Shown: positions 25,277 through 38,243 of the stretch, piece after piece | Layout of the letters: the number at the start of each line of letters is the position of its first letter | How positions within the stretch are numbered: the stretch's first letter is position 1 | NCBI GenBank assembly: GCA_964016885.1 | Contig: OZ024746.1 | Coordinates: 7,068,001-7,132,000 of the forward strand | Direction: 5' to 3' | Length of the DNA: 64,000 nt | Source of the DNA: Eledone cirrhosa | Lineage: Eukaryota | Translations under genes and position numbers: made by a program | The notes under the pieces: generated by a model | What the model saw: only the letters and a program-made list of their open reading frames with translations | Told to the model about the DNA's origin: nothing | Databases searched by the model: none

Positions 25277-26178
25277 ATATCTTATGTAAATTGTATTTTA
25301 TGGCACAGATATGTAATCAACCTCATCATTATTGTCATCTGTGTGGATAAGAAGTTTACTTTAGAACCACATTCAGATTTGGTCCCACCAAGTGTCTTCT
25401 ATTTTAACCTCAGACTAAGCAATGCCACCTGAGGGAATTTAGTTGACAGAAACTGCAACGAAGCCCATTGTAGGTGTGTTGGTTGCTACAAATGATTTAT
25501 ATAAATACCCTTTCAAAAATTAAGTAGGAGTAAGTATGAGGAAGGGCATCAGATCGTAGGGAAAAACAGCCTAAAGAAGTCTTGTATAACTTATGCAAAC
25601 ATGGAATGATGATGATTATTTTTGCTGTTGTAGTTGTTTAGCCCAAGGTCAACCAGATTCAACAGGCCTATAATCAAAGGCACTTTAGCTTTGGCCATTT
25701 TTATTAAAACACTGTCTATCTAAGAATACATTATCCAAAATTACCTTTGCAGAAAGACTTTAGTGTGAATTAAGCAAGATTCGGTTGCTATTTTTAGCAG
25801 GTTGAGCAACCATGTAGAGGCTGTGCTTCCTTTGACTTTTCTTTTTGTTAATACTTCTATACATATTTGCATAACTTTATTTCAGGGTAGTTGAGGAAGG
25901 CTACCCCACCTTGCTTTCAATAGACATTTCTTCTAAGTATAACTCAAATACCTCTGTTTCACTCAGTCTATTTAATTTTGAAAATAACCATACAATAAAA
26001 AAAAATGTCTTCTTTTGAAGTCTACAGTCCTTCTGTCAACATGATATTCTTGACAAGTTCTACAGAGTTTTCAAACTGCTTCCTAAAAAATGTCTCTGAA
26101 TTGAAAATACTGTATTCTGAAATTCACAATATACTTTTAATTTATTCATAACTATAAACATATTTTCTCTTGACATTA

Positions 26179-26352
26179 CCAGGGTGCTGAAAAATTCCTG
26201 GGTATCACGATAGGATAGAACTGTTATCTTTACAGGAGAGGTAGGACTGTTACAATAAGTGTGTGAATCTGTGAAAGGAATGTGTTGAATAAAATCATAA
26301 TTAACTGATCCTCCTGTATTTTCTTTTATCCAAAAACTTTTCAACACCCTGG
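26179..26352. mobile_element. mariner-like MITE with a TA target-site duplication
   Basis: ta|ccagggtgctgaaaa...ttttcaacaccctgg|ta. Confidence 0.7.
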
Positions 26353-26847
26353 TATATATTTCTAATTTATTGGCAAAAATGATGATATCAAAATGCTTTT
26401 TTTTTCAGTGCATATTCATTATTAAAATAGTCACTTAATGTAAGGTTCTTATATAAAATTATGTTGGAAGATTTTAATTCAAATTAGAAACCTTTAAAAT
26501 GGGTGATTTTATTTCATAGAACCAGAGTTAATAGGCCATATATGGTTGTAGACATTACAACAGTAAAGTATAGAGGTAAAATTAAAAGAAAATATCTGAG
26601 CTCTACAGACTTAAATGACAGTAAATTTCAAATGTTGGTTTGTTTGCTTTATATACAGTCAAGTTTTCTGGCAAGTCATAACTTGCTAGCCTTAGTCTAC
26701 TAGGCCAACAAATTCCTGTCTTGCTGAGTGGCTGACAGGGGACAAAAACCTACAGTTATAAAACCATTTTCCCCAACAATACATATACACCCAAGGTTAC
26801 AAAACCTATCTCAGTAATGAAAAAAATAAACATAAAACTATATATAT

Positions 26848-27190
26848 ATAGGGAAAATAGGGTTTGGAAAATGCAATGAATGACCTTTTGGTTACTTAGG
26901 TTTCTGTATTAATGTAGTAATTTGATTATTTATATATTCTTATTTACTTTTACCAGTTTCAGTTGTGTTTAAAGACATTTCAAAAATGTCTTTCGTTGCA
27001 GTCTTTCGAAAAATCTTTTGTTTATGATTATCTCAAAACCAACAACGTTGCAGTTTTGTTTATGATTATCTCAAAACCAACAACGTTGCAGTTTTGTTTA
27101 TGATTATCTCAAAACCAACAACGTTGCAGTTTTGTTTATGATTATCTCAAAACCAATGATGTTGCAGTTTTCAAAACCTATTTTCCCTAT
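26848..27190. mobile_element. MITE with about 28-bp TIRs and an internal 38-bp tandem repeat (4 copies)
   Basis: atagggaaaatagggtttggaaaa...ttttcaaaacctattttccctat. Confidence 0.6.
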
Positions 27191-27298
27191 AACATGTGAT
27201 TTGTAAAGAAACCCCTAACGTTTTAATTTTTTCACAATATATATAAAATGACACACGTGCAATACATACACACACTCACTCACAAAACTTACATGTAC

Positions 27299-27478
27299 CT
27301 TGATGATCTGAACTGGTGGAATCATGTTTGACATCTTCCAGTTTGGGCATCTCATTGCCACCACCTGAATGGCTATTTTTAGATTTGGGGAATTTATTTA
27401 CATCTCTTGAATCTGAATTTCCACTTATTTCAGAAACATTCTCAGGCTCTGATGTATCTCCATCATTGCCCTTTTTGT
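27299..27478 (-). CDS. RRM gene exon 5: low-complexity linker (KKGNDGDTSEPENVSE...SSDHQ)
   Basis: ctttctgttttag acceptor; 180 nt, phase 1 to 1; lies within ORF 27276..27557. An alternative in-phase donor gtaagt lies 6 nt further on. Confidence 0.75.
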
Positions 27479-28168
27479 CTAAAACAGAAAGGAAATATTT
27501 CACCAATATATGACTACTACTAATAATAATAATAATGACGATTTCTTTATTAACCACAGAGGGTTTACATCAAGAAAAACATTATGACAGGACAGAATGA
27601 AAACATAGTGTGTGTATGTATGCGTGTGTAGATTTTGCATGTAAACAAATTTTAACAATGTTAGAATAATAATTGTTTCTACTTTAGGCACAAGGCCAGC
27701 AATTACCCAGTGCATTACTGGTACTTTATTTTATCGACCCCGTAAGGATGAAAGGTAAAGTCAACCTCGGCGGGATTTGAACTCAGTTAAAATAATAATA
27801 ATACATAAAATAATATATTTTTCCCAAGAATATAAAAAGTTAAGAGCAAAGATAAATACAAAATAACTAAAACCAGATTCAAACAGGGTTCACTTCTTGT
27901 ACATATACACAATTATAATCACACACACATATATATATATACAACTCTATTGAGCTATACTATCTCTATAAAGTTAGCATGGCTATCATACTGATACTTA
28001 TTTTATCAACCCAATCCATGAAAAAAGTTAACATCAACTGTACTTCAGATCATAGGGTTCTGAATCAAATCATTAGCTTTAGGTATGATAATCCAACTAT
28101 CTACATCCATACCAATTCCATCCTCGAGGATAAACAGACAACAACAAAATTATTTTCATACAACTTAC

Positions 28169-28275
28169 TTTTAAATTTCCTCAGGACAAGCCGACGACCA
28201 TTTAATTCTTTGTCACGATATAACTCTAAGGCTTTTCCTGCTTCTTCATTATTGACACATTTAGCCATTCCATAT
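28169..28275 (-). CDS. RRM gene exon 4: YGMAKCVNNEEAGKALELYRDKELNGRRLVLRKFK (RRM1 RNP1 to beta 4)
   Basis: AG acceptor, gtaagt donor; 107 nt, phase 2 to 1; EEA.KAL...LNGRRL.L is a typical RRM C-terminal half. Confidence 0.85.
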
Positions 28276-29322
28276 CTAGATATTAAAATATATATATATA
28301 TATTGCACTATATTCTCAGCTTTAAAACTTGGTTACTTATGAGCGATCAGTACATCAAACTAACTCCCATTTCAAACTTGTAAAGTCTGAAAACATAGGA
28401 AAGATTCTCTAAAGAAACTGGGCAGTAAAAAATCATAATAATTTCAAAAACTAATATTGTACAGATTACATTTAATCATACAATCAGTCAAAAGTTGATA
28501 ATGTAAAACAAAACAGTATGTAAAGTTGTAAAGTTGATTATGGTTGGCACATTACTGCATCTAATACAAATTGAAAAGGTAGAAATTGGAATGTGAATAT
28601 TAAATAAGTTATTTTTATAAAACTGCTCAACTTTTATAGTCAATACTCAGTTTGCAAAATAACTGGAATTGATCTCTAATAAATGCATGGTTCTGTAACT
28701 CCTGGAGAAGTTGTTGGGGCTGCCATATTGACACACAGCGTTTCTAGGGACTTTTTAAAAACTTGGCAGAGTCCATCTCCTCTCCAGGTTTGAATACAGC
28801 AGATTTCTTCCAGAAAAGGATAGACAGTGAGAGAATGGGAGAAAGAAGAGGAAGAATCGACCCCAGTACTTGACTTGTACATTTTTTATCAACCTTAAAT
28901 AGATGAAAACCAAAGTTGACCTCAAGTAAGTTAATACATACTTTATTGTACTTTGTACAATGTTTGGTTTCTTTAGAAATCCCACAAAATAATAATAAAC
29001 ATTTTGCAAAATTACAATGTTTTTATTTATGAAATGTCACCCCCTTATCTCAAGATAAATTGAAATCAAGTGAATGCAACATTCAACAGCAGTCACTTCC
29101 ATTTCTTAAAAATAGATGAAAATTGTTTGATTCTGCAGGTAATTAAAAATAAGATGAAATATTTGTACACAAGATACCTGTTAGTTAAGCAAGAATGACA
29201 GGAGTTTTGTTCCCTCCCCCCAAAAAACTGTAAAGCATCTTATGTCTAGTCAAATAGTTTATCAACTAAACTCAACTTCTCTTTCATAGAAATCTATCAA
29301 TGTATTTAAGAAGTGTACTTAC

Positions 29323-29393
29323 GTTTTAATCCCATTGCTGATCAATTTTAATTCAACAATTTTCACTTCTGAAAAGAATTTTTCAATTTCTTC
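29323..29393 (-). CDS. RRM gene exon 3: EEIEKFFSEVKIVELKLISNGIKT (RRM1 helix 1/beta 2)
   Basis: ttttag acceptor, gtaagt donor; 71 nt, phase 0 to 2, in frame with both neighbours. Confidence 0.85.
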
Positions 29394-31261
29394 CTAAAAT
29401 TAAAAAATAAAAGTGTTTGTTTAATGATGGATTTGGGGATATGACTGCTGTACTAAAATAAAATAAAAAATGACATTTCATTTATTAAAAGCAAATTAGT
29501 AAAGATTGGATTAAGCATATGTTTTATATTTTGTAATATTTCTTTTAATAGTAAAATTGGAAAATGTAAAGCACATAACCATTCCTGGTAACTTGTTACC
29601 CTAAGTACCAGTAATATATTGGATTGATTCTACTGACTCTTCCTACTGCCCCTTTTAAATATTGACATAGTGCCAAATCAAAAGAAAACATCATCATCAT
29701 CATCATCATTTAATGTCTATCTTCCACGCTAACATGGGTTTAAACGGGAATTGTCTCCCACTTGAGACAAGATTGGTCGGGTGACCATGTCTCGCTCGTA
29801 TAGGACTATCTGGCAGGTTTTCTATGGCTGGATGCCCTTCCTAACACAAACCACATTTACAGTGTGGACTGGGAGGTTTTTACCGTGTTATCTACACAGC
29901 CACATTACAGCATGGACTGCGTGTTTTTTTGTCAACAATATTCTACAAATTAGCTCATTCATCATCATTATCATTATTTTTACATCTTTTTCCATGTTGG
30001 TATGAACTGGACAGGACTTCTTGAAGCTGTATTCTACAGCTGGATGCCCTTTTTGATGCCAATCGTTACTTGTTTATAAGTAAGATACTTTATTTCACTG
30101 GTCTTCACCCATTGAACTACTAAGTTACGCGACATATTATTTATGCAGGATATAAACAAATGTCACTGCAGCCCAAACAGCACTGTCAGTTGTTTAAGGA
30201 CCCAGGGAAACATACATATGACATGCTTCCATACAGCTCTATCAAATTTCACTCACAAGGTATTGATGAAACCAAGGCTATAGCAAAAGACACTAAGATC
30301 AAACCAGAAAACACATGGTTGTGGAATGGACTTCTTAACCACACAGCCATGCCTGACAACAGTTAACATTATTTTGTTTTGGATTTTGATCTTTTTTCAC
30401 CAATACTTCTCTTTTTCTTCACATATTCTACAGTAGATTGTAAACGTTTGCTCCCATCCGAACCCTCTTTTGGGTCTCAGGATACGCAATCTTTGTGCAT
30501 CCATCCCACGCCTCCCAGGACAGGTTGCAGGCCCATCACCAGTTTATATGGCATGAAATGGAGACTGTAATATATTTTTTGAACTGGCCCCTCTACTTCT
30601 AGAGTAGATATTAGGAATAAAACTGATAAGATATATGATTTTCTGTTTAGTGGTTGGTGATATGAAGGGCATCCAGCTGTAGAAATCTTGCCAAACAAAG
30701 GGTTGGGAGGACCCTCAGTTGTGTTAAAGACATTACAACCTCCCCTGTGTACAACCATATATAAATGAGACAACAGATCCTTGACTTGTCTGGGAGACCA
30801 CTTCAGTACTGACTTGGTCTATGTAGACCTGTCCAACCCTTGCTAGCAAGGATAGTGGACATTAAAACAACAATGATGATGATGATGTGCAGATAACATA
30901 TTGATAAAATGTGGCTCGATAAACTATTTTGAAATGTAGAACAAAAGATAACAAACAGTAATCTGTTAGTAAAGTGATTTAACAAAAGTACTTTACTAAA
31001 TTATCAACTAAAAAACATTTAAATAATTCATTAATTACTGACAGTATCAGAACTTTGCACAACATAAAATACAGAGCATGACATAAAAGAACAAAAAAAA
31101 AAGAAGAGTAAATTGTTTTCTAAAAAAAACAAAACATTTGGAACAGTTAAGTAAACTTAATGGAAATGAGGAGAAAAAAGAAAAGTTTTCATTATAAAAA
31201 AAAATATTTAAAAGAATTAAAATCCTAAAACTGTAAAAGCCAAGAAAACATTTACACTTAC

Positions 31262-31302
31262 TTGTGATATATTAGTTGGAATATTTCCAATGTAGATTAT
31301 AT
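31262..31302 (-). CDS. RRM gene exon 2: DIIYIGNIPTNISQ (RRM1 RNP2)
   Basis: ctttgtag acceptor, gtaagt donor; IYIGNIP is a canonical RNP2 motif; phase 1 to 0. Confidence 0.85.
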
Positions 31303-31413
31303 CTACAAAGACACAAAAAAGTATTACATTAATAATGAATAAAACTAAATAACAGAACGTCTATTTGATATCAAGAAAAATCCAATTGATAAAAATCAAT
31401 ATTATCAATTTAC

Positions 31414-31468
31414 CTATTTTGCCTTCTTCTCCGGCTGTTAAAGCTCTATAATGTATATCGGCACTCAT
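31414..31468 (-). CDS. Two-RRM RNA-binding protein (TDRD10/Vreteno-like), first identified coding exon: MSADIHYRALTAGEEGKI
   Basis: ATG at 31468; acceptor ttttTAG puts the exon start at 31490; donor G|gtaaa is phase 1 and joins the next exon in frame. The frame is also open upstream of the ATG, so the CDS could start earlier. Confidence 0.7.
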
Positions 31469-31849
31469 GTTGAATTTACTGTCAGCAATACTAAAAAGAT
31501 GAAAGAAAACATAAAAAGTTGAATAGAGGAATCATCAGATAAAGTAAACAAATAAGTACAAGTTTGTATTTAACACAATGTACTTAGTAAGTTATAGGTG
31601 GCAAATAAAGTCAGATAAAATTATTTGAGCTCTCTGAGCTCAAATCACACCAAGGTCACCTTTGTCTTTCATCCTCTCGAGGTCAATAAAAAAAATACCA
31701 GTTTAGTACTGGGGTTGATTCTTCCTCTATATCTCTTTCTTACTTCCTCTCTCTTTCTCAATTTCCACCTTTCTCTGGAAGAAATCTGCTTTATTCAGAC
31801 CTGGAGACAGATGGGTTCTACCAGGCTTAAAATGCCCAAGAAAAATTAT

Positions 31850-32234
31850 GGCACGTGGCTTAGTGGTTAGAGCATTGGCCTTGCAATCGAAAAGGTTGTG
31901 AGTTCAATTCTCAGACCGGGTGATGTGTTGTTTCCTTGAGCAAGACACTTTATTTCACATTGCTCCAGTTTACTCAGCTGTAAAAATGAGATGATAGGAC
32001 TGGGGTCCCTATCATTCCACTGCAAAGTGGTCGTGGAGGTGCCACAGCAAAATAGCACTCAGCCCACACTGTAAAGTGGACGTGCAGGCGCCACGGAAAA
32101 AAAGCACCCAGCACTCACTGTAAATGAGGTAAGTGTTAGGAAGGGCATCCAGCTGTAGAAATCAAGCCAGAATCAGTTCCCGTCCCACCCTTGCAAGCAG
32201 GGAAAAGCAGATGTAAAATGATGATGATGATGAT
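31850..32234 (+). mobile_element. tRNA-headed SINE with an RTE-derived tail
   Basis: A box TGGCTTAGTGG, B box GTTCAATTC, central gtttccttgagcaagacacttt domain; the 3' about 55 nt match the RTE end at 38182-38243; (GAT)n tail. Confidence 0.85.
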
Positions 32235-33233
32235 ATATACAGTCATGACAAAAAGCACCCAGTCCACACTATAAATGTAGTTGGCATTAGGAAGGGCATC
32301 CAGCTGTAGAAACCAAGCCAAAATCAGTTCTGTATCAGCAAAACACAGTCCCCTGATCTGGCTTTGTCTCATAACAGGACAACTTGTCTAACAGGATGCC
32401 ATCATCAACATCACCATTTAACATCCATTATTCCATGCTAACATGGGTTAGATGAGTTGTCATGTTGTGAGACAAGCCAGATCATATGACCATGACTTGC
32501 TCATACAGAACTGTTTCTGGCTTGGTTTCTATGGTTGGATGCCCTTCCTAGTACTAACCACATTTACAGTGTAGACTGGGTACTTTTTATCGTGGAACTA
32601 AAACAAACCATCTGACTGCTATTCAGGGTGATTTTATTTAAAGTGTTGTGAGTTGATGAGTAGTTATTTCTAAGCAGACCTTATATTAATGGAACTAAAT
32701 GTGGACTGTGCAGTGCAGAAAGGTGGATTATTTTGAAAAACTCAAACGCCTGTTTGAACACCAGTAGTGAAACTTTCAAAACCTGTCCGCATATCACAAT
32801 TTGCCCTACATTTCTGGTCACCACAAGAACAGAGGACCACAGCCAGATGACATCACTATTCTATATTTATGTTCCATGCTAGCATAGTTTGAACAGACTA
32901 AACATACTTTGCTCATACATCCCATTTTTGGCATGATTACAGTTGGATACCCTTCCTAATACCAACCACTTTACAGCATATACTGGGTGCATTTTATGAT
33001 GGCACCTGCCTTACCACTTTACAGAGTGGACTGAACATTTTACCATATATGTCACATAGGTCATATCTTGAGGCCTGCCTGTATATATTATGTACACACA
33101 TACATAGAGAAAATAGACATTAAATGATGTTCTCAAGATATGACCTAGATGGCTTAAGACCATTTATATTTCCCCAGGCAGGTACACACACGTTTTCTCT
33201 TGGCATTCATTGTTTCAAGAGTTTAATTCAAAT

Positions 33234-33867
33234 ATTCCTACGTCCATGTTCATCTTTATTTGGTTATCCCTCTCAATTTTATGATTTTTTTTCCTCTATC
33301 TCTCCACTACCACAACATATTTAACAACAACAACAGTATACCTTCCTCTTTCTAACCTATATCACTTATAATTTTTTTTTTTTAAACTGTTACCATAACC
33401 TCATATGATCATGGTTTAATTTTATGTTTGCCTTGGCTCACAAGACAAAAAAATATTTCCAATCTAGTACACCTTCAAAAAGGTTTGCAACCCTTTTTAT
33501 CTTCTCATTTCCATGCTTACACCCACAGAAATATGACAATTGTTTTGCTCTCACAAATCAATTGTCGTCATATTTCTGTGGGTGTAAGCATGGAAATGAG
33601 AAGATAAAAAGGGTTGCAAACCTTTTTGAAGGTGTACTAGATTGGAAATATTTTTTTGTCTTGTGAGCCAAGGCAAATATAAAATTAAACCATGATCATA
33701 TGAGGTTATGGTAACAGTTTAAAAAAAAAAATTATAAGTGATATAGGTTAGAAAGAGGAAGGTATACTGTTGCTGTTGTTAAATATGTTGTGGTAGTGGA
33801 GAGATAGAGGAAAAAATCATAAAATTGAGAGGGATAACCAAATAAAGATGAACATGGACGTAGGAAT
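33234..33867. repeat. Long near-perfect inverted repeat (arms about 305 bp, spacer about 16 nt)
   Basis: attcctacgtccatg...cagaaatatgac is mirrored by gtcatatttctg...catggacgtaggaat, with only a few substitutions or homopolymer differences. Confidence 0.97.
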
Positions 33868-34039
33868 TCTTTCTTGGTGCTATTTACAATATACTTGTTG
33901 TGTATCACCACTGCTGTTGGATTTACTTACAAGTCCAGGTGACTTCAAAGAAGACATCATGAAGAACTCAAGGCAGTGCTACAAGGAACCATTAAAATAT
34001 TGCATTGGCTAAACTCAGCCACATTTTGAAAACATTAAA

Positions 34040-34935
34040 TTTAACATCTACAGAGGGAACAGTGTGTGTCAATAGAGAGGAAATCTAGTCAAGTGCTCAA
34101 GAAGATACTCCATTAACTGCTTGAAGGTTTTTTTTATTATCATAGATGTAATGTGATGCTTCAAATGGAATGGCTCTTGTGTTAGAATAATATGGTCATT
34201 CAAGCTAAAGCTAAAAGTTTGTATGATGAGTTGTAGAAAAAGGAAAGTGAAACTTCTAAAGAAAACCTTCTCTGGCTAGAAAAGCCTTGTTAAAAATGTT
34301 TAACCCTTTCATGACCATATTTCTAATGAAATACACTCTATTTTAATTAATTAATGAAGAATTTTAAGGGATTTAGTAAAAATTATTAATTATTTCATTA
34401 CTAAGATAGTAACTTAATGTAAGGTTCTTATATAAAATTATGTTGGAAGATTTTAATCTAAATTGGAAACCTTTAAAATGGCTGGTTTTATTTCATAGAA
34501 CCAGAACTGGTTTGGACCAGGTTGGTGACTGAAGGGTTAAGAAGCACTTCAATTTACACAATATTAAAATGATTAGTGAAGGTGCAATGCTGATACAGAA
34601 ACTACTACTAATTATCCTAAGGAACTGAAGAAAATTATTCAAGATAAGAGCTGCATGCCGGAACAAATATGCCATGCTGATGAAAGTGCACTTTTCTGGA
34701 AGTGCATGCCTGCTAGAACTTTTATTTCTTAATAAGGAAAAAACAATCAACATCTGGATTTAAAAGTTGCCCAAATTACCTGACATTTCTTCTGGTAATA
34801 TAAAGCAGCTAATCATGTATCATTTTGGAAATTCAAGGGGTTTCTAGAGTTATACAAACTTACCCCTGATTTGATGTTCAGATAAGAAGGCATGGATAAC
34901 TAAAAACCTTTTAGTAGAATGGTTTACAAATATAT
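34040..34935 (+). mobile_element. Decayed Tigger/pogo-type transposase interrupted by a piggyBac-like MITE
   Basis: MVIQAKAKSLYDEL, LHNIK, YPKELKKIIQDKSCMPEQICHADESALFWKCMPART and KKAWIT..L..EWF are CENP-B HTH/DDE motifs. Confidence 0.8.
34300..34540. mobile_element. piggyBac-like MITE, family A (TTAA|CCCTTT...AAGGG|TTAA)
   Basis: TTAA on both sides, and the Tigger sequence resumes after it. Other copies at 15356-15847, 24124-24423, 54731-55226, 57516-57732, 61516-61700 and 61914-62130. Confidence 0.8.
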
Positions 34936-36011
34936 CATCAGTTTTACATCCATTTTCCATACTTGCACGTTATAAGACAAGTCAAGTCAAGTCAGGTCAG
35001 GTGACCACGTCTTTCTCATATAGATTTGTATTTACAGGGTGGACTGGCTGCTGCCTCTTGTTATGTGTTACCTGTACAACCACCTTACAGATTGCCCTGC
35101 AAGGAGGACTGAATGCTTTTTTTGTCATGGTAGCAACATTGTAGAGGAACAGATGTGGAGCGTGCCCAGCTTTCCATGCTTGTATGCATGGATTGGACAG
35201 GGCAAGTGAAGTGTACTAGGAGTGTGGGAGGTGGAGAGGGGAATGAGTATGCAAATTGGACATGGGTGAGATGAGTGATATATTCAGTTGGTTGGGAGGA
35301 GTAAAGAGAAGATTGTTGCAGACTTGTGTGGTCTACATGATTATTTCATCCTGTGCACATGGGAAGGCCGGTCATCTGCAGTTCAGCAAAATGCCAGAGA
35401 TATCAATCTTGTGTCATATTCTTTGAGAGGTTAAATCGTGCAAGGTTAGCTTTTATCACTTCATTCCAAACTTTCCTAGGTCTTCCTCATCAACTTTGAG
35501 TGCCCTGCATGTTTTTATACAGCTGAATTGGTGGAAAAGCTAGTGAAGAAATTCTGACTTTGGAAACAGAAATTAAAATTGAAAGAGTTTAGAGTAAACT
35601 TAAGAAAAACTCCACTCTTAGTATGTAGGAGAAGTAACAGGACCCAGATCTCTTCAGGCAAGTGGCCTTGGTCAATATATACACACACAAGGTATGAATT
35701 GGCAGAGTCACTAGACCATTGGATAGAATGCTTTATGGTATTTGTTCTGACTCTCTGCACTCTGGGTTCTAATACTGCCAAGGTAAACTTTGCATTCTAC
35801 CCTTTCGAAGTCAAAACAATACTAGCCCAATACTGAAGTCGATTCTTCGTCCTCTATGTCTTACTTCCTCCCTATCACCCTCTCTCCTTCTCTTGAAGAA
35901 ATCAGCTGTATTCTGTCTTGGTTAGGGATAGGCTTCACCAAGTTTTGAATCTCCATGTCATTTATGTCACTATGGCACTCCTATGACTACCAGGAGTTAC
36001 AGGTCCATACA

Positions 36012-36058
<47 letters not shown>

Positions 36059-36529
36059 GAGCTTCTACCGGATTAGAACTGTTTTTTCATTCGTGAGAAA
36101 TCATCAGGAAGCACTAGTCCTGTAGGAGCTCTTCTATATTAAAACTTTTATACTCTGCTATGTAAAGAGTACCTTACTTACTGTGGTTACCTCCGATTCA
36201 ACCCAGAATAACTTATATATATATATATATATGTATATATATAATCATCCTCATTATCATTTTTCCACACTAGCATGGGTTAGTCAGGTTGTCCCATTTA
36301 AGATAAGTTGGGTCAGGTGACCGTGTCTTGCTCACACAGAACTGTTTCTGGCTTGGTTTCTACAGATGGATGTCCTTCTTATCGCCAACCATATTTACAG
36401 TGTGTGTTGGGTGCTTTTTGACTTGACTCCTATACAACCACATTTCAGTGTGAATTGGGTGCTTTTTGTTGTGACACCTATATGACCACCTTACGGAGTG
36501 GGCTGGGAGCTTTTTGTCATGACTCCTGG

Positions 36530-37030
36530 GTGTCATTGTTTTTTAGGTGTAATTGTGCAAGGTCAGCTTTTATCACCTCATGAGGTTTTCCTACCCTATA
36601 ACTTCCGTCAACTTTTTATAGTTGTCATCCTTCATAAGCATCACATGACCATACTAACGCAATCTCTTCTCTAGCACACTGCATCTGATCTCTCTTATGC
36701 CCAATTTCTCTCTCAGTTCAATTACGCTTTGCCATTTGTGTATATTACTATTACATATCCACCGAAGCATACAGGCTTCATTTCTTTCCAATCTTCACAG
36801 GTCTTCTGCACACAATGCCCAGGTCTCACTACCATACAACATTGCTGTTCGTATACATGCATCATACATTCTGCCCTTCATTTTAAAGGAAAAACCTTTT
36901 GTAGCTAGCAGCAGTAGTAGCTCTCTGAACTTTCTCCATCCTGTTCTTACTCAGGCTACTGAACTTTCGGAACACCCTCCTCCACTGCTGATTTGGTCAG
37001 CCAGGTAATGGAAACTGTCAACTATTTCTA
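36530..37030 (-). mobile_element. Decayed RTE LINE fragment
   Basis: Reverse complement of the same RT C-terminal region seen at 13.5-14 kb. Confidence 0.75.
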
Positions 37031-37447
37031 CAGGTAAAAAGCTCCCAGTCCACACTGTAAATGTAGTTGGTGTTAGGAAGGGCATCCAGCCATAGAAAAC
37101 CTGCCAGATAGTCCTATACGAGCGAGACACGGCCACCTGACCAATCATGCCTCAAGTGGGGCAATTCCCGTCTAACCCATCCTAGTGTGGAAGATAGACG
37201 TTAAATGATGATGATGATGATGATGATATAGATGTGGATTTTTGTAGTCCGGCAGATTTTTATTGGCTATTCCAATTGATGAAACATTTTCATATGTTAC
37301 TCTGCTGATACAATAATTACATTGTTTTCATAGCTTTAAGCTTCTGGCTGGGATGTGGTATTACAATTACTCCTTTGTATATGCTTCAAATGAATTTGTC
37401 GAAGAAATTGTAAAGATCGAAATCAGTGTATATCGATGTAAACCCTT

Positions 37448-37521
<74 letters not shown>

Positions 37522-37619
37522 CCCAACCAAGGTGCTCAGCAGTTTCAGCTTGTGATTAGTAGTCCCAGCACCACAGACTATATATCATCATCATCATTAT
37601 CATTTTACGTTCGCTTTAC

Positions 37620-38243
37620 GTTAGCTTCCGGTACCTAGGAGATCAGATTAGCATGGGAGGAGGGTGTTCCGAGGCCATAGTATCTAGAATAAGGATGGGT
37701 TGGAAGAAGTTTAGGGAGCTGCTTCCTCTGTTGACGAAGAAGGGTTTCTCCCTGCGTACGAAAGGCCGGTTGTATGATGCCTGTGTGAGGAGCGTGATGC
37801 TGCATGGTAGTGAGACATGGGCAGCAACCGCAGAGGATATGCGACGGCTGGAGAGAAATGAGGCAAGCATGCTCCGTTGGATGTGCAGTGTAAATGTGCG
37901 TGAACGACCCAGCATAAATGTGTTGAGAGAGAAACTGTGTCTGAGAGGGATAGAATGTAGTGTACGGGAGAGGAGACTGAGGTGGTATGGACATGTGATG
38001 CGCATGGAGGATGACAGATGGGTGAAGAAGTGCCAGGAAATGCCAGTTGAAGGAAGACGTGGTAGAGGTAGACCACGAAAAACATGGGCGGAGGTGGTGA
38101 GAACAGACCTCAGATCATTGAAGCTCACGGTGGAGATGACGAGGGACCGTGACGAGTGGAGAGATGCTGTGCTGAATAAGACCCGTCCCACCCTTGCAAG
38201 CAGGGAAAGGCGGACGTAAAATGATGATGATGATGATGATGAT
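37620..38243 (+). mobile_element. 5'-truncated RTE-clade LINE (RT C-terminal region and 3' end), frame intact
   Basis: ORF 37653..38219 (W+KFRELLPLL...KGRLYDACVRSVMLHGSETW...RRLRWYGHVMR...GRGRPRKTW) followed by a (GAT)n tail. Confidence 0.9.

Noticed and set aside
31850-31920. tRNA gene
   Set aside because: A and B boxes are present, but the sequence continues into a SINE body and recurs as diverged copies (58400-58478, 6240-6310).
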